Assembly: GCA_965644295.1 (NCBI GenBank)
Contig: CBFFRP010000181.1
Span: 186,001-250,000 of the forward strand
Length of the DNA stretch: 64,000 nucleotides
Reading direction: 5' to 3'
Source of the DNA: Paraphysomonas bandaiensis
Lineage: Eukaryota > Protista > Chrysophyceae
The translations under genes and the position numbers were made by a program. Every line of letters begins with the position of its first letter. Within the stretch, counting starts at the first letter, position 1. The notes beneath the pieces are model-generated. The model ran no database searches and was not told the DNA's origin. It saw nothing but the letters and a program-made list of their open reading frames with translations. Positions 22,866 to 38,065 of the stretch are shown here, piece by piece.

Positions 22866-25516
22866 TTGACGTTAGTTCAGAACACAGCGGCAATAAAATA
22901 TGGATGCAGTTGACTTAATTCTGAGTAGAACGGAATTTGAATACAAGGTCTGAATTCAGCGGTCGTTGTTACAGAGCTTAAAGAATACAGCCTGATTCAA
23001 TGCCCCGTAGAGTTCTTGTAGCACTATGAAATATATATATATATATATGCATGCATGCCACTGCTATCAATGTATGTATGTACTGCTGCTGTGTATATGG
23101 AGACATAGACATACTTATACAGAGCACTGTAGTATAGTAGTATGTAACTGCCCTCATTTGAAACTGAACCGTTTTTTTAGCATCACCAAAATATCCCATA
23201 TTGGGGATATCACCTCTGTATCTGTATACTGTACAGCAGTACGTGTGGTACAGCAGTACGTGTAGTACAGCAGTACAAGTATATACGTACAGAGTGTATC
23301 ATGACAATATACAACTCTACCATACTGCTGTACACGTACAGAGTGTATGTATGTGTATGTATGTTGGCTGGATGTGTACAGATTATGTCCAATGAAGTAT
23401 GCAGTCACATAGACATACATGTACACAAGAATAGTATAGCTGTAGCAGTGGGGTATGTAGCAGTGGGGTATGTACTGTGGACAGTGGGATATATCATATC
23501 AATCCTCAGTTGACTACTAATGACTTACCAGTCAATCACAATGATCTATAAGGAATGTTACTCTATTGGACAATTGCATCCATAACTAAACTAGTTGATA
23601 ACAACACACAAACAATAGTCTCAAAACTAGAAAACAATTCAATAAAATTATTATAAGATTACTCATCTAACGATACTATTCATAACAATATACGATAAAT
23701 AGTTAAATGAAAGTGTGTGAAACCTTAAGATGCTTCTATTTAAGGAATAGTAAGTTTAATAAACTGAAACTTTTCATATCTCTATTTTGTACTTTGGGGT
23801 TGTTTTTACCATTCAAAAGAGACTGTTTATTGTGAACATTGAAAAATAGAGGAAGAGAGTTGAATAACCATCGTAATGTAATCGCTAGTATGAAAGTGTC
23901 TGTTCACTAATTACAGAAGAATTTAAAGCTTAGAAGATCGACTTATAGATCAACTGAATAAACAGTAAACAATAGTGAATTGATAAAACCCGCTTTCAGA
24001 AGAATAAATGAGTGTGCTTATTATATGTTATATACTGCAATGTCTATGTGCCTATGATATTGGTTCGTTACCATAATCATATTGTTGCACTCTGAGGGCA
24101 TCTGTCGAATGATATTTCATATCCAATAACATCAATCGCCCATATCAATTTTTGCATCGCAAGTATCAATGCCTTGCATGCATAAAATTTTGACAGTACA
24201 ATTTGCATCTGTTGAAAATGTCCCTTAAGCCACCAAAGAATTGACGACATAGGTTCATTATATGGTTAGGGGACAATATATGAAATTGCAATATATTATA
24301 TGTTGATTGGTAGATCAAAAATTCTTTAAATATTGTTACTGTTAAGATAGTTCAAAATGTACTTCAATATATTCATGTGCATCTAAATAATCTGTTTGAA
24401 TATGATTTAAAAGCAACTAATATACAATGTGACTTTCCCGGGTTTATGACTCAAGTTTGGAACAAACTTCTACCTGTTATTGGCAGACATAGGACATAGA
24501 CATAGACATAGCTATCGTCAACCTTTCTAAATACCCGTACTAATTATTAAGTACGAAAAGTGCAAATTCGAAGATACGAAGCTACTGATCAGCGAATAAA
24601 AATCATATTTGTGCAACATATTGTAAGACATTATTTTAGTATACTATTTATTATTACATCAATATATATTTTGAAAGTCTTATTATTAGCAATAGGCGTT
24701 AGAAACCTGCACCAACTTTGTAGCTAGATGAATGCTAGACAAACGAGTTAGACCTCTACCTGTAATAACTAATCAGTACACACTTTTTATCCTACTATTG
24801 AACGCTACGGAAGCTGCTTGTGCGTCGCCGCAAGCACCAAGGTGCGACCACTTCCGCTCTGAGTTCTTAACGTGAACATCCCGGATGCTTGACTTCAGCA
24901 CGCAGCCCAATACCCCGGTTACTCTTCAGGTGGGCCCTGTCCCGGATGCCCTTGAGGTGGGCCCATTCCCGGATGCCTGTTTATTCGTCAGGGCCCAAAC
25001 ACGTCTACACAAGTGACACTTATTGGTGGCCCTTGTACCACACAAGCAGTCGGCTATGAATGGGCAGAAGAATATCTGCTGACTATGTTTGCGGCTCACG
25101 TTAGTTTCCCAGAGAGAGTCTCTCCGCTCTCCGGTACTTATCCCCCAGAACACCACGAAAACGTGCGACTTTGTTGAGGGATTTCATTTACCATACTCTT
25201 TATATTCTTATCTTCAATTCATTAGTTGGCCCTGTGTCGCTCTCAACGAATAAATTAGTTTCTGATTTATGCATAGCACATAGCACCATCGATGTTTTCT
25301 TGAACACATTAACCTACTTGCTATTGTCACAGTACACATTTAGCATTTAGCTCACATATCCAAGTTCAACGGATAACGAATGAAGGATTCTTGATTTAAA
25401 AATATAACACATTAAATATTTTCACTTCTAATATAGCGCTTATTCTATACTACACAATTAAATTCTCAAACCACAACTGCTACTACTCGACAACACTTTG
25501 AAATCTTATGAAGCAG

Positions 25517-28337
25517 CTACCACGCAGATAAGTCGGCGGTAGGCTTCTTACGCTTCCCACTATTTAATTGAGAGCCAAGGTCGCCACTCACTTGACTTCT
25601 CGGCATCTGTTTCTCCTGATTTCGACCAGCTGTGAAAAAAGGTGAGGCAGTGTCTGATACTCGATTGTCGTTTCTGCGCCATGAGTCTGTGCTATCCATA
25701 CCGACGCTATCATGGTCACCTACTGACAGATCAACCTGTACAAAGATGATGGCAATGAAATACACGAAGCTTTAAATTTAAAGTTGTACCATTTCTTTCT
25801 TCTTCAATCTTGTTGTCGCGGGCCTCCGCCCCCTAGACGATGGCGTGGGTGATGGCCTCACATCATCCATATCTTCTTCGGACTCTTCATTCAAATCAAC
25901 TGCCACAGGTCTTGTTTTCCGCTGCAATCTTCCTTTGGTGACAGCTTTCGTGGTCGGAACAGCCTTTCCACGACGAGCTCCACGGCCCCGTGCTGCAGGC
26001 TTCCGGCCGATCTCATCATTGTCATCGTCATCTGCAGAGTCCGATGAGTTTATTTCCTCAATTGCGTCGCTCTCCTCATCACCATCTTCCTCGTCGTAGT
26101 CATCTCTATAACTAATATTTCGACTACTTGCTGCTCGTCGAGATGGGCGGGAGGACTTTGCTGGAGCTGAAGTACTCTTAGATGACTTGCCTTTGCTGGC
26201 TGTTTTCGTATCTGTCCCTGCCCGTCTCTGCTTGGCAGTACCTCTCCCCTTAACTTCCTTCGCCGGGATAGGGCTTTCATCTTCGCTGCTCATGTCCATC
26301 GGTCCCTCGGTGGTAATACCAGCTCCAGCTCCTGCTCCAGGTGTACCAAGGCGCGGCCGCGAAGAAACAGCGGCGTTAGTACTACTACTTCTTGTGGCTT
26401 CCCTCTCTCGCTGAAATTTTTCACGATACTTGGCTGCATTGGCCAAGATTGAATCCTTATCGGTGCACATTCTGAGATTATCTCGGTCTGAACTGAGGTA
26501 TTGCTGTGTCGATAGCAGCTCCTTTTCAACAACATCTGTTATGGCGGTCGGAATTTTCTTCACTACGAAGTCCTCCAGAGCATTGGACAGTAAATCTGTA
26601 CACAATAAGTCAGTACAAGTCACGTAAGTAATTCTAACAACGTCTTACTACAGTTTGCGTCCAATTACCTGGTGCAAGTAAACCTAGTTGTTTGTTTTGC
26701 ATCCCCAGAACCTCACAAACCAAGTCTTCCACGCGAATTCTACTCAGCGCCTCGGCGTCTCCTGCGCCCCTATGTGCGTCGAATTCAGATCGTAAGGTAT
26801 TACCAGCGCCTACATTATTCTTCTCATTCTCCTTCCGGCGGCGAGAGAAAATCAGTACCTCCGAAGGATTGGCAACTTCTCCTACAAACCGACTTCCAAA
26901 TTTCTGCGGATTGATGGTCGGAAATCCCGCATAATCCACTCGAAGTCGAACTAATACTTTACGTGGGTCGCGGATTTGGTAATCAAAGGAGGAGTTATCA
27001 AGATCTTCTATTTCTGGAGATATGAGTTCGCGAGCAGATCGGATAAGGCCCTTCACACGTCCGGTAAGAACTGCAATCATGGCCTCCTCGATATTAGGGT
27101 CTCGTGGGTCCAACCCCTCCATTGAAGACAAACACACGTCTTCAAATGCAAACCCCCGAATTCGAGTGTAAGGAACCGGGAGTAAACGAAACTTTACCTC
27201 GGACACCTCTAGGATACCGAAGTGCTTAGGATTCCGGGAACTCTCACCTTCCGAAAGAGAAGTGGCTACAGATGACCCAGGCTGATAGATGCGGAATGTT
27301 CCTGATACGGTCATTTAATACAGTATACAAGTGGTACAGATACGTTTAAACATTGACAGTACACTGATTCAAGCATTAGGGCGCACCGTAGAAACATACC
27401 AACAAGAGATTCAACGAGCGTTGGAATGCATTCATGCTCGTTGCCCCATATCACAACATCCATCCACTCAGGTATCATGCTCTCATGGATGCAGTTCTTG
27501 CGACCGCGACCGTAGTCACGGTTCTGATGCAGAACAAATATATTGAGGTACTTTCCCTGCTGTTGATCCGGTGCCGGTCGGAGAAATTTAACCTTTTTTT
27601 GAGTCCACATCCGATTGAGCCGCTCATCTCGCACAGCGCCAAGAGCATAGAGAGCAACCATAGATTGACCTATATATCACGGATATCATGAAAAAATCAC
27701 AAATACCATTATATACCTTTCTTTATTAACACCGGTGTTATTTCAATATCATCGACTTGGTCATGCTTTCCTATATAGTTAACCAGATTAGCTGCGGAGA
27801 GTAAGTCCAATGCTGACAATGCAACACCGAAACCCTCCCGCGACGGGTCATCATGGTTGCCATGGATGGCAAATACAGGAAGTGAAATTGCCTGATTCGG
27901 ATCTTCATAATTCACCTTCTTAATACGATTGTGTTTGAATATCTCACTTTGATCATTAAGCACTTCCATATAGACACTTTCATCACCTACAAAAACTATA
28001 AGAGAAAACACACATATATATGCTGTGCATACTGACATACATACATGCACACATATCACTATGCATATACACATATCTACAGGCAATATATATATATAAC
28101 CTCACCGGTACAATACTTTCGAAGGAGATCAATAGTCGCATGTATTGTTTTTCTAGATGGTTTATTTTCATGAAAAAGATCTCCTGCTAATAATACAAAA
28201 TCAGCATGTCTGCTCTTGGCTGTATGAAGAACTTCTTCAAAGGCAGCAAAGCTATCCTCTCCTCTTGTAGGATCTTTGGACATGAATCCTAAATGATTAT
28301 CAGTTGAAATTACAATACGAATAATGTCGTCATCCAT
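25517..28337 (-). CDS. MRE11: Double-strand break repair nuclease MRE11, multi-exon
   Basis: STDNHLG, AGDLFHENKPS, VFAIHGNHDDP, FVLHQNR, WGNEHEC, QPGSSVATSLSEGE, VRLRVDY, FGSRFVGEVANP. Confidence 0.97.
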
Positions 28338-28629
28338 TGTATGATATGGAGGGGTTGGTGATGATATATATATATATGTATATCCTTCTAACAATACACT
28401 GTCTTCCTACTAATAGAACTAAGAGTTGTGGTAGTGGTAGTAGTAGTAGTACTTATACTGCATACTTATAGGAAGAAGTCAAAGAAAGTAGAAGTCTGAT
28501 GATGAAATTCGCATACTCTCCTTTTGTTTATGAAGTTGTGATTTGAGTTTTGGATGTGATCATTTGATATGGTGATGGTGAGTATGTTATGTACTGTATA
28601 TGTGCATATACACATGTATACACAGCAGC

Positions 28630-28789
28630 ATGTATGTATGTATGTATGTATGTATGTATGTATGTATGTATGTATGTATGTATGTATGTATGTATGTATG
28701 TATGTATGTATGTATGTATGTATGTATGTATGTATGTATGTATGTATGTATGTATGTATGTATGTATGTATGTATGTATGTATGTATGT
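28630..28789. repeat. (TATG)n microsatellite in the divergent MRE11 / Sfi1-like intergenic region
   Basis: About 40 perfect tetranucleotide units. Confidence 0.98.
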
Positions 28790-28908
28790 GTGTGTACAGT
28801 GGGTAGGTAGGTATGTTCATAGGTGGGTATCGCCATATCTATCTATCACCACAGTAAACACATAATTATAATGTCATAATAATCTTCTTCCACCATCTCT
28901 TTCCAGGT

Positions 28909-31207
28909 ATGTCAGACTCCCACTCCCACTTCTACATTCCAACTCCTTCAACCACGAGAGGCCTTTGTTTCAAGTATTTTAAGCTATGGAAACGAGGGTG
29001 TTTCGGAAGGAGGTTACGGATAGCAATACAGCGACAGTGTGTGGGATATAGTTTTGATGCCTGGATGATCACTAGGAGAGTACGATTGTTTTATTCGGTA
29101 TGATATATTGAGTGCATAGTTTATGGGTTATGTGTTGATGTGTATGTTCACAGGAGACCCTCAGAATGCGTATGGTGGACTGCTTCTATAAGTGGATGCA
29201 TGTAATGAACTTCAAATACATACTGATATCTTCTTTGCTTATATGGATGTTTATTACAGACTCGACGAACTCGCAGAATTGTTCGATCTAAGCACCGTGC
29301 TGTCACCTTTCATCGCGGTATAATATACCGCCGATTTCTCCGACACTTAAAACAAATAGTTCAGAATGGTCGTTCTACAACCAAGGTTTTTGGTCCCTAC
29401 TTTTCATACTTTTCTTACCATTTGTAGCGACATCGTGTTTATTTGCAGATTAGTGACATATATTGCCGACACTTACTAGCGAGAACTTTCAAAGCACTGA
29501 AAACTGAAATTCGCAAGCTTGTGAAATCAAAGTGTGTCATAACATTGCAATTGTAACGAAGGATGTGCTTATTGTGTATTACTGTGTGTAGTGTACTCGA
29601 AGCAGAGCATCAGATGCGAAGAATGAAAATTCAAAATTTGGTTTCGACGTTAGAACAACGTCAATCAACGGAAGCTAGGGGACGGAGTGGGAAGAAGATG
29701 GCTGACGGGAGACATAAAAGTAGTGAAGTAAAACAAGTAGATGGAAGAACTCTGAGACCTGGAATCGAAGATTCTTCAAGTCTCTCCCCTCGTAAGGGAG
29801 CGCCTCCCATCCCCATTGTTCAAGATTCTCTGCCTTCCCCTCCGGCGTATAGCTCTCCTCAGCGTCCTGTCTCCTTCCAGAGAGACAGGGAATCTAGCAG
29901 TAGTCGAGAAAGTAGTAGGAGTTCATCAGTCGGGCGGTCTCCTGCTGACATGAGGGCGGCATCACGGGATAAACCTGGACGCACTATCCGCACATCCCCT
30001 ATGCGTGCGGGGGCAAGGACGGGTCAGGCATTGCCGCAAGAGAAAAGGCAAACGAAGAGTACACAGCGTAATGTGGAAAGTGCTGAAGCGAGACGGGAAC
30101 GTATCAAAGCACTGCGGGAAGCAGCAGCGGCACGTGTGCAGACGAAAAGAGAGCGAGAAAGAGAGAAAGAGAGGTATGACCACTGTGTGGTATCGTCACC
30201 TCGATGATTATGTCATCTACGTGATTAGACTGAAGGAGTTGGCAGCTGAGGAAGCGCTGAAGCGTGAGAGAGACGCATATAGGTTGGTCGCTGCATTCGT
30301 GTTTTTGGCCACAGTATTGTTATGATACGTTGCCAGGGCCCAGCAAAAAGAGCAGAAGGCCATGCATGCAGCTACTCTGGCTAAGAACAAGGAAAATATC
30401 GATGCTGCTCGTCGACAGCTTAAGCGTGCGGTTGCGCACTATCGCAAACAGCTGATGGTACGCTGTGGTATGTCGCCGTGGATTCGCCTTGTTCAGGAAA
30501 GACGGTACGTGTATTATGCATATGGTTTGTGAAATTACTACGGAAGTTGGAAGAATGGATATGGATATGGATATTGTTTTTCTGTCAACTGAGAGTATGG
30601 ATATGTACATTACATGCTTGCGACAGGATGGACTGGGAGAAAGCGTGTACCTTCTACAGTGATTCTCTCTTGATGTTAGCGTGGAACAATCTCGTTGCAT
30701 ATGTTCGAGCCGTTCGTACAGAAAGATACCGCCGTGAGCACCGTTTAGGTAACACCGCCATAGTGCACTACAGGTACGTGCATGACTTTTTTGTATATTT
30801 ACCTATTTTACTGCATTTTTACCAAATGGCTATTAGGCGAAATTTAATGTCACGACTGTGGAGGCGATGGGCAATGCATAGAAAGATGCTGCGGGCCAAA
30901 GCGGTGGCTGTGCACGGTCAAGTTGTTTGGTGCGTGTTCTAGGCTGTACTATCGTTGCCGTGACTAACTTTTTCTGTACAGCTATGCCACTCGTAAAAGA
31001 GCCTTCGCCGCATGGTTAATTAGTCTTGAGAAAGCACGGCGTAGCAACGCCATTAGTGTATATCGCATGAAAAAGTCAGCAAGGTTGAATAAATTGAGAT
31101 ATTGTTTGAGGCGCTGGAAGACGTATTTAGAGGAGCAAGAGATAGAGCGAGTAATTGATGATAGAGTAGACTATACCTGGGCTCGTGTGCAGGGGTGGCT
31201 CAAATAG
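28909..31207 (+). CDS. Multi-exon coiled-coil protein with Sfi1-like Trp repeats (centriolar, Sfi1/CCDC191-like)
   Basis: Recurring helical ...F..W motifs (KYFKLW, SFDAW, MLAWNNL, LWRRW, AFAAW, LRRWK); ends ARVQGWLK*. Confidence 0.6.
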
Positions 31208-32217
31208 AACTGTGAGTGTGTATTTGTTAATAATAGCGTAGGTATTCCGTTAAATTTGTAAGGCATTACTAACTTTTAGCATTCTGTTAAATTATGTATT
31301 CTACACAATAATATGCGTTTGCCAAATGTTAGAGATTTGAGTTATAGACTGCTTTCACAGGCATATGTACTACTATGTCTCACACTACGGCAACATTTCA
31401 CCAGAAATGCTGTAAATTACTTGCATGTACGTAGTATGTAGTATAATATAGATATAATGATTTTCGACAAACAGCGACCCCGACTAAGTAGAGTTACGAT
31501 GAAAGGTTTAACAAGGGGAAACTTCTAATGTGCACAGTGATGGCGAAAATTATTAGTTCCATACGACAAAACACATTCACTTAACTAGACTATGTCAGTA
31601 TCCAGTATAAGAGGGGTTGGATAGAATTCTCTTGTAATGCTTGTGATCTATGAGGACTCATATATATTAGCAGTTATATACACGAGATGTTATACACAGT
31701 ATATAAGAGGGCTTCTTCATACACAACAACACTGTCCATATATATGCATATCATCCACAGCTCGATTCAAGAACAATAAGTGTCGTGTATACACTCTCAT
31801 CCCTTATAACTATCCGTATTTCCGGTTTGCCATATCTACATGATACAGGTACACTATGAGAGAGGATGTTGTGTAGCATCGTATCGAATCCATATAGCTG
31901 CACAGAGTATATGCATGATCCTGTATGTATCAATGTCCCTTACAACAGGAGCTATAGTCATCCGTATACGGATAAACAACCGTACACGGATAAAAAAACC
32001 AATGCCTATAGAGAGGACAAAAAAACATGGTTCATATATTCATATATTTGAATTCAGTCATCCATATACAGTATATATACAGACCGTATAGTGCTCTATG
32101 CATATATATAGTACACTCCTGTAAAGTTGCTATAGGAACGAGACATATATATATGTACCCCAATCAGGTCATTATATTAAATAATAACTTGAATATATTC
32201 ACAGTTTATATCAAATA

Positions 32218-33059
32218 ATGAGCGCAAGAGGTCGTGCACGAATATATCATGGTCGGGATTCATTTTCTGGTGGTGATCAGTTCTCTAGTATTGTAAATGA
32301 CTGCTCAGAGTGTTCGATGCTACTAGAGAATGTTGCACGAATAACTAAAAACAATTTATCAGAGATATTTGAGACAGATAGAGTTTCTTTATGGAAACAA
32401 AAGATTATTGAAGCATCTGTAACGAATGCAACTGTTCAACGACAGGCTGAATTGTCTAAAGAAATTGTTGATGATTTGGGAAAGCGAGATGCCAGTGAAC
32501 TCAGTGGCACTCCCACTGAAGCGGTGAAAAAAGTAAAGACAATGGTTGCAAGTAAGCTGGATACCTTTAAGCCTCATTTAGAGGAGTCTGTTCAACGCGT
32601 GAAGTCTTCCTGTCAGGTCTGGTGTTTGGATTTAGCTGACCTTTTAACACGTGCGCGTAGGCAGAGGAGAAAGATGATGATATTGTTCAGGTTAATGAAG
32701 CTGGTGATCAAGCTTCTGATTTTATATGCCCTTACACTCGCAAAAAATTCGATACTCCAATGAAAAAGTGCGTACTCTTTATTCCATTTTTGATATGTAC
32801 ATCTCTGATACGCTTTGCTGTGTTCAGTCCTAATTGCAGCCACTACATGTCCATGGAGGGCCTAGATGCTATGCTCAGAAGGAAGCAATCCGCACCATGC
32901 CCTGTTCCTGGGTGTAGAGCTACTTGGCAGAAAGGAAAGAGCTATGAAGACATGGGCATGAAGCGGCGGATGGAGCGCTTTGATCGCCTCCAAGCCGCAA
33001 ATACTGCTAGTGGACAGTCGCAAACTAACGCGGACATTACGTCGCTCGATGATAATTAG
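32218..33059 (+). CDS. NSE2: SMC5/6 SUMO ligase NSE2/MMS21 (SP-RING), 3 exons
   Basis: Spliced FICPYTRKKFDTPMK, NCSHYM, APCPVPGC; N-terminal helical region. Confidence 0.78.
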
Positions 33060-34424
33060 TGTAGGTAGTTTGATGAAAACTCGATGGATAGAGTTAATTG
33101 TATGTATGCTTAGTATCCCCATTTAGCGAGCCAATGGCTTTTATTATTCCGGGTGTAATATGTCGTAGTTATAATGTTTGATATGCAGTGAAATTTCGTC
33201 AATTATGATAGCCTTAAATAATGCAATTAATAACAATGATATCATTCAGCTTATACAGTAGTATTTATTGGTTGTCTTTTATGGATACATCGATATATTA
33301 TATATTTGTTGCGAACGTGTCAGAACTAAACTAAATTCGTTGTGCATAATCATGTATATTACTCGCAGTGATATACCTAGCTAACCAGTAGGCACTGTGA
33401 TCGACAAGGGGAGGAGTAAACACAGAATTAGAATGTTTATGAGTGGTTGGACTATTAATTAGTTATTAGTTCTCATTTTAGTAGGTACGGTTAGATCTTG
33501 TTAAGAAAATCAAAGTCCTCTTGTGAATTAGATAAAAAAAATTACACAGATGAAATCTACAAACTTGTGAATTCATGGCTTTCTTTTGTAAACTCTTTTA
33601 TCAGGTAACATCATAATTCTAATAGCCTTTCATCTAAAATATAAAGTAAGTTTTTATTAATTGATCACCGTAATCAATACATCTATCATAATAAACAAGG
33701 AGTAATTATCCACACCCATATCTCTATCACAAAACTAGCTGTTATAGAGTTGTATAATATATTATACTACCTACAGTATAGTATTTAACAGTAACAATGA
33801 TATTCCTCCATAGAATATGATGACAACACGCTTTATTTGTTACAAGTATGAGATAACAACAGACAACATTGACTCAATAAAAACACACAACATGAATCAC
33901 TTGTTTGTTTGAGTTATCATCACTGTTTCTGCAGGTCGTCTGCTGTTACGTTAAGAAATAGTGCAGTGAATGGGTTCAAATTTCAAAATTCATATCTTCC
34001 AACCCCTAAAAACCAGCATTTTTGTGCATAATGTTGCTAGAATTCGTATATTTATATACTCACCCAATATCCGCTATACCTGTATATCACTGTATAACTG
34101 TCTCACTATATGCCTGAATTTTGTATGTCCAAGGATGTGTACTACGATACCAGCAGTACAGTAGTATTATATAGCAATATAGTGTGAACGCAGTGCAGTA
34201 CACCAGTACAGCAATACAGTACACCAGTACAGCAGTACAGCAGTACAATAGTCTAACACATTCATAATGCAGATCTATACACACACAGCACAGCACAGAT
34301 GTATATATAGACAGACAGACTGACATTAAGGAAGTTTCCAGTCGTATATACCTTCTATTAAGATAACAACATGTATATAATCTAATTCAAACACTCTCAT
34401 ATCATTCATAACAATCACTATACA

Positions 34425-37400
34425 ATGTTACGTGAGATAGGTACAGATACAGTCTATTCATTACGTTTTCCTGGTAAAACAACAATTGGACGAGCTAAAG
34501 ATTGTGATATACAACCAGAAAGTTCAAGTGTATCAAAAAGACATGCTGAACTTGATCTGATAGAAGATGGACATGGATATCTAAAGGAGGTGTGGATAGA
34601 GGATCTTGGATCAAGGAATGGTGTATATACAGGCCAGCCTGATAAGTGGAATATAGTGAATAGAAGACGACGAATTCGATATGGAGATTGTCTTAAGTTT
34701 GGTCATTCTGCAACATATTATATTCTTGAAGATGCAAGTCAAGGAACTCAAACACCTTTACGAACAAGTGCTAATGATACATCGATTTTACAACAACGCT
34801 CCCCGCTTAATGTGTCACCAGATCCTGGCTTTGTTCATCCATATGCTAATGGAGGTCAGAATTTAGTGGATAGCAAAACTGATATGCCGACAAGTGAAAC
34901 GGTACCTCAACAGGATGCTGCTCTGGGGGATAGTATGAAGGCGTCGACAGGTACCTATCAAGCATGTGGCACTTAGGGTAATGTTTTGAGCAGATAGCCT
35001 GCGAGTCAGTGGGGGGAAGCAGAGTCCAATACAGCCGGAAGCGGCCATTAGAAGAGCTCGTACATCAGGTATAAGAGCGTGTGAGGTTGTAGATTTTGGT
35101 GCTCAGTGGTTTTACACAGACGATGCGCTGGGGTCATCCGGATCACCACTGTTCGGTGAGTGGTTGGATGGATTTCCTGGTGTGCAAGGAGATCAAAGTC
35201 AGCCACTGCATCCCCCCAAGCTCTCCGCATCCCTGCAGTCGTATCGCCTTCAGGGAAACCGGTCGAGTGCGACACGTATGACTGGCCGTCCTGCCTCGGC
35301 CTCTGCCCAGTTACCTCCGTATCGCACATCGAGATCAGTCTCTCCACTCTCTGGGGAGGAGCGGCGGGCGGTTGAGCGATCACGTGAGCAGCTGAGTGAC
35401 GGCGTACGCATGGCTAACAAAGCGCTGGGAGGTGTGATCGAGTTTGACGACTGGAAAAAGTATGCCTCACGTATTCTATCCAATGTGAATAGTACGGAGG
35501 AGTCTTTAGAGCAAACGGTTAGCATTGTTGCATGTATCCTACATCCTTCCCCGCATCACCTTGTATATGTATGTCATAGAAACCTCGCGAGTCCGTTGAC
35601 ATTGACGATACTCGCATCCGGTCCCTAATGACAGCAGAAGTAATCGATGCTTGTCGAGCCGAAAAGCACAGAGAACCTCGAGACACTGCTGGAGGGGCTT
35701 TGCTGAAAGTGGAGACTAATCTGAACTTCCTCCTAGAGTACGATATTTCTTTATCCTCAGGAAATTCAAGGGGAATTCCTAGCAATCCACGAAGTGACGT
35801 CAAATTCGACGGTGTACTGTTCAATGGTGTGCTAAAAAATTGTGTTGGACTCCTCGAAAGTAAAGTATCAGGTAGTGCTGTTGTTCAGGCTGTCGACAGA
35901 GCCTCCAAAGCTGCAGCTCTGAAGGTGTCTGCTTCCCCTTCGAGACGACAGGCCGAATCTCCAAGTATTGAAGACAAAGTGAAAAAAATTATCATTCCAA
36001 AGCTACAAGGGCTTGTAACTTTTAATGAGAGTATGGGTTCGGGGACTTCGGTAGAGTCGGTGCTCAACAGCGAACAGATAGAAAATGTGAACCGTCATAT
36101 TATATTGAATGTACTTCAGGATGTACTGCCAATGCTCAGAACTCTCTCTGAGGTACGCAATAGAGCTACTGGTGAACGGAGACTTGTTCCGTCGTCCCAC
36201 CGAGGAGCCACTGTATCTGGATCTGATGGAGGTGTAAGTGCACTGGAACCAGGCTCCTCATTAGACAACATGAGTGCACGCCTTAGTGCTGATGGGGAGT
36301 TGCGTATATCGTCGGATCCACCTTCTCCATCTAGAAGCATATGGGACAAGCTCGGTATATCTAGTGTGGAACCGTCAAGAAAGATAGAGAACAAAAAGCC
36401 TTCTTGGAGTCATGATGCAACACTAACTTCAGGAGCAGTAGATTCACCAAGAAAGAACTGGAGTAATGCAGAACACGCCAGCAAAATTGAGGCTGCAAGG
36501 GGTTTATTCCGGGGTGTGAGACGTATGTATGCTCGCCTAATGGCAAAAAAGTTTCATCGATGGATCGTCCACATAGAGACCAAACGGGCGGCACAGGGAG
36601 TGGTATCAGGCCTAATGCCTGGCGGGCACGATTTGGAGAATGACCTTTCCCACTCAAGCGATTCTGTGGCGTCTGTGGTTGCCCAAAGAGAAGAGGAGCT
36701 TCAGCAACTGCGTTCGGAGAAAGAGCGTATTGAAGAGGAAAAGGTGCATAAAGAGGGAGAGCTAGTGTCAGAGATCAACAATCTGCTTCGACGCAACACT
36801 CTGTTGCAGGAGAAGGGGTTTGAGGATGTCACACTTGCCAAGAAGAAACTTGTCATTTTGAAGTGGGTTGCAGCCTATGAAGTACACATTTGCTAACTTA
36901 ACTGTAGGCTTTTCTTTACGCATGGACAACATATGGAGCAGAAAAAGCGCTCATATTTTAGCAGGTGGCACCGAAACGCAAACCAGTTTCAGCAAGTCAA
37001 GTCGGCATTGAGTTCTCGTAGAAAGCAGCTGATGAGGTATGAGTTGTGTGGGACAGATATCTGTCTGAGTATTCCTTTTCGATATCATTTCCTCAATTAT
37101 GCCATAATGACTGTTTTTATGAAGAGTATTGCGTCTGCAAACAACCGGAAGCCTGGCCCGTCGACTGATGAATCGTGCGTTTCGTACGTGGGAGCGCAAT
37201 TGCCTGCGCATATATGAGGCGGTCCTCCGAGACGCCACGCAGGAAGGGGATATACGCGCACTCAAGTCACGGATCTTGGAGCTCCAAGAGGAACTACATG
37301 TCATCAGTAGTTCTGATTCTGCTGCTTCTGGTCTACTTGCTGAGAGGGCACTCAACAGGTATTTCTGTTTTTTTCCTTGTAGACATGTAACTTTCTGATA

Positions 37401-38065
37401 TGTGTATAGAGAGGTAACTGCTGTGAATATTGATCTGGAGCAGCGGTTGTCTGATATCCAGATGCGTTTGCTGGAGGTTGCGGGTGTGCCCCCGTCAGAA
37501 CGTAAGCAAATTGTACGTGAGGTGCTGCTCGATCGAGAGAATGAAGTCAGAAAGGCTCGAAAAGAGATCCGCACTCTCAAGGAGCAAGTTGCTCGGTTGG
37601 AACTCTCTTTGAAAAGCCCATCCTCAAAGGGTATAAAGGGGAAGAAGGGGCGCGAAAATAAACCAGAATCTGATTACCATTTAGAGAGAAGCCATGGTCA
37701 TGATAGAGATGAATTCAATTTAAGTAAGACGGAGGCAATGAAAATAGTAGCCAGGGAGCTTCGTAACCTTCAGCGGCAGTGCGCAGAGCTGGAAGATGAT
37801 AAAATTAGACTAGGACACCAGGTAAGATATATCTTCTGGAAATTTGACCGACTATCACCGTTCTAATCGTAATCGTGTTCAGTTGTATGAAGAGACAGCG
37901 CGATACCAACAACAATCAATGTCTTTTCGACTTTTGCAACAACGACTGATGGAGAAAGAGCGAAAGTATGAAGCGCTTCACGCATCCTTAATAAAGCGCT
38001 TTGGAGAACAAGAGGCCCTTCGTTTGGTGGACAGTATGGAGATAAATGGGCGTAATCAAATTTGA
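34425..38065 (+). CDS. FHA-domain coiled-coil protein, multi-exon
   Basis: FHA motifs TTIGR, SVSKRHAEL, IEDLGSRNGVY, YGDCLKFG; long coiled-coil C-terminal exons. Confidence 0.82.

Noticed and set aside
24920-24995. Hammerhead ribozyme (minus-strand CTGACGA / CTGAAGA)
   Set aside because: No correctly placed GAAA or stems II/III.
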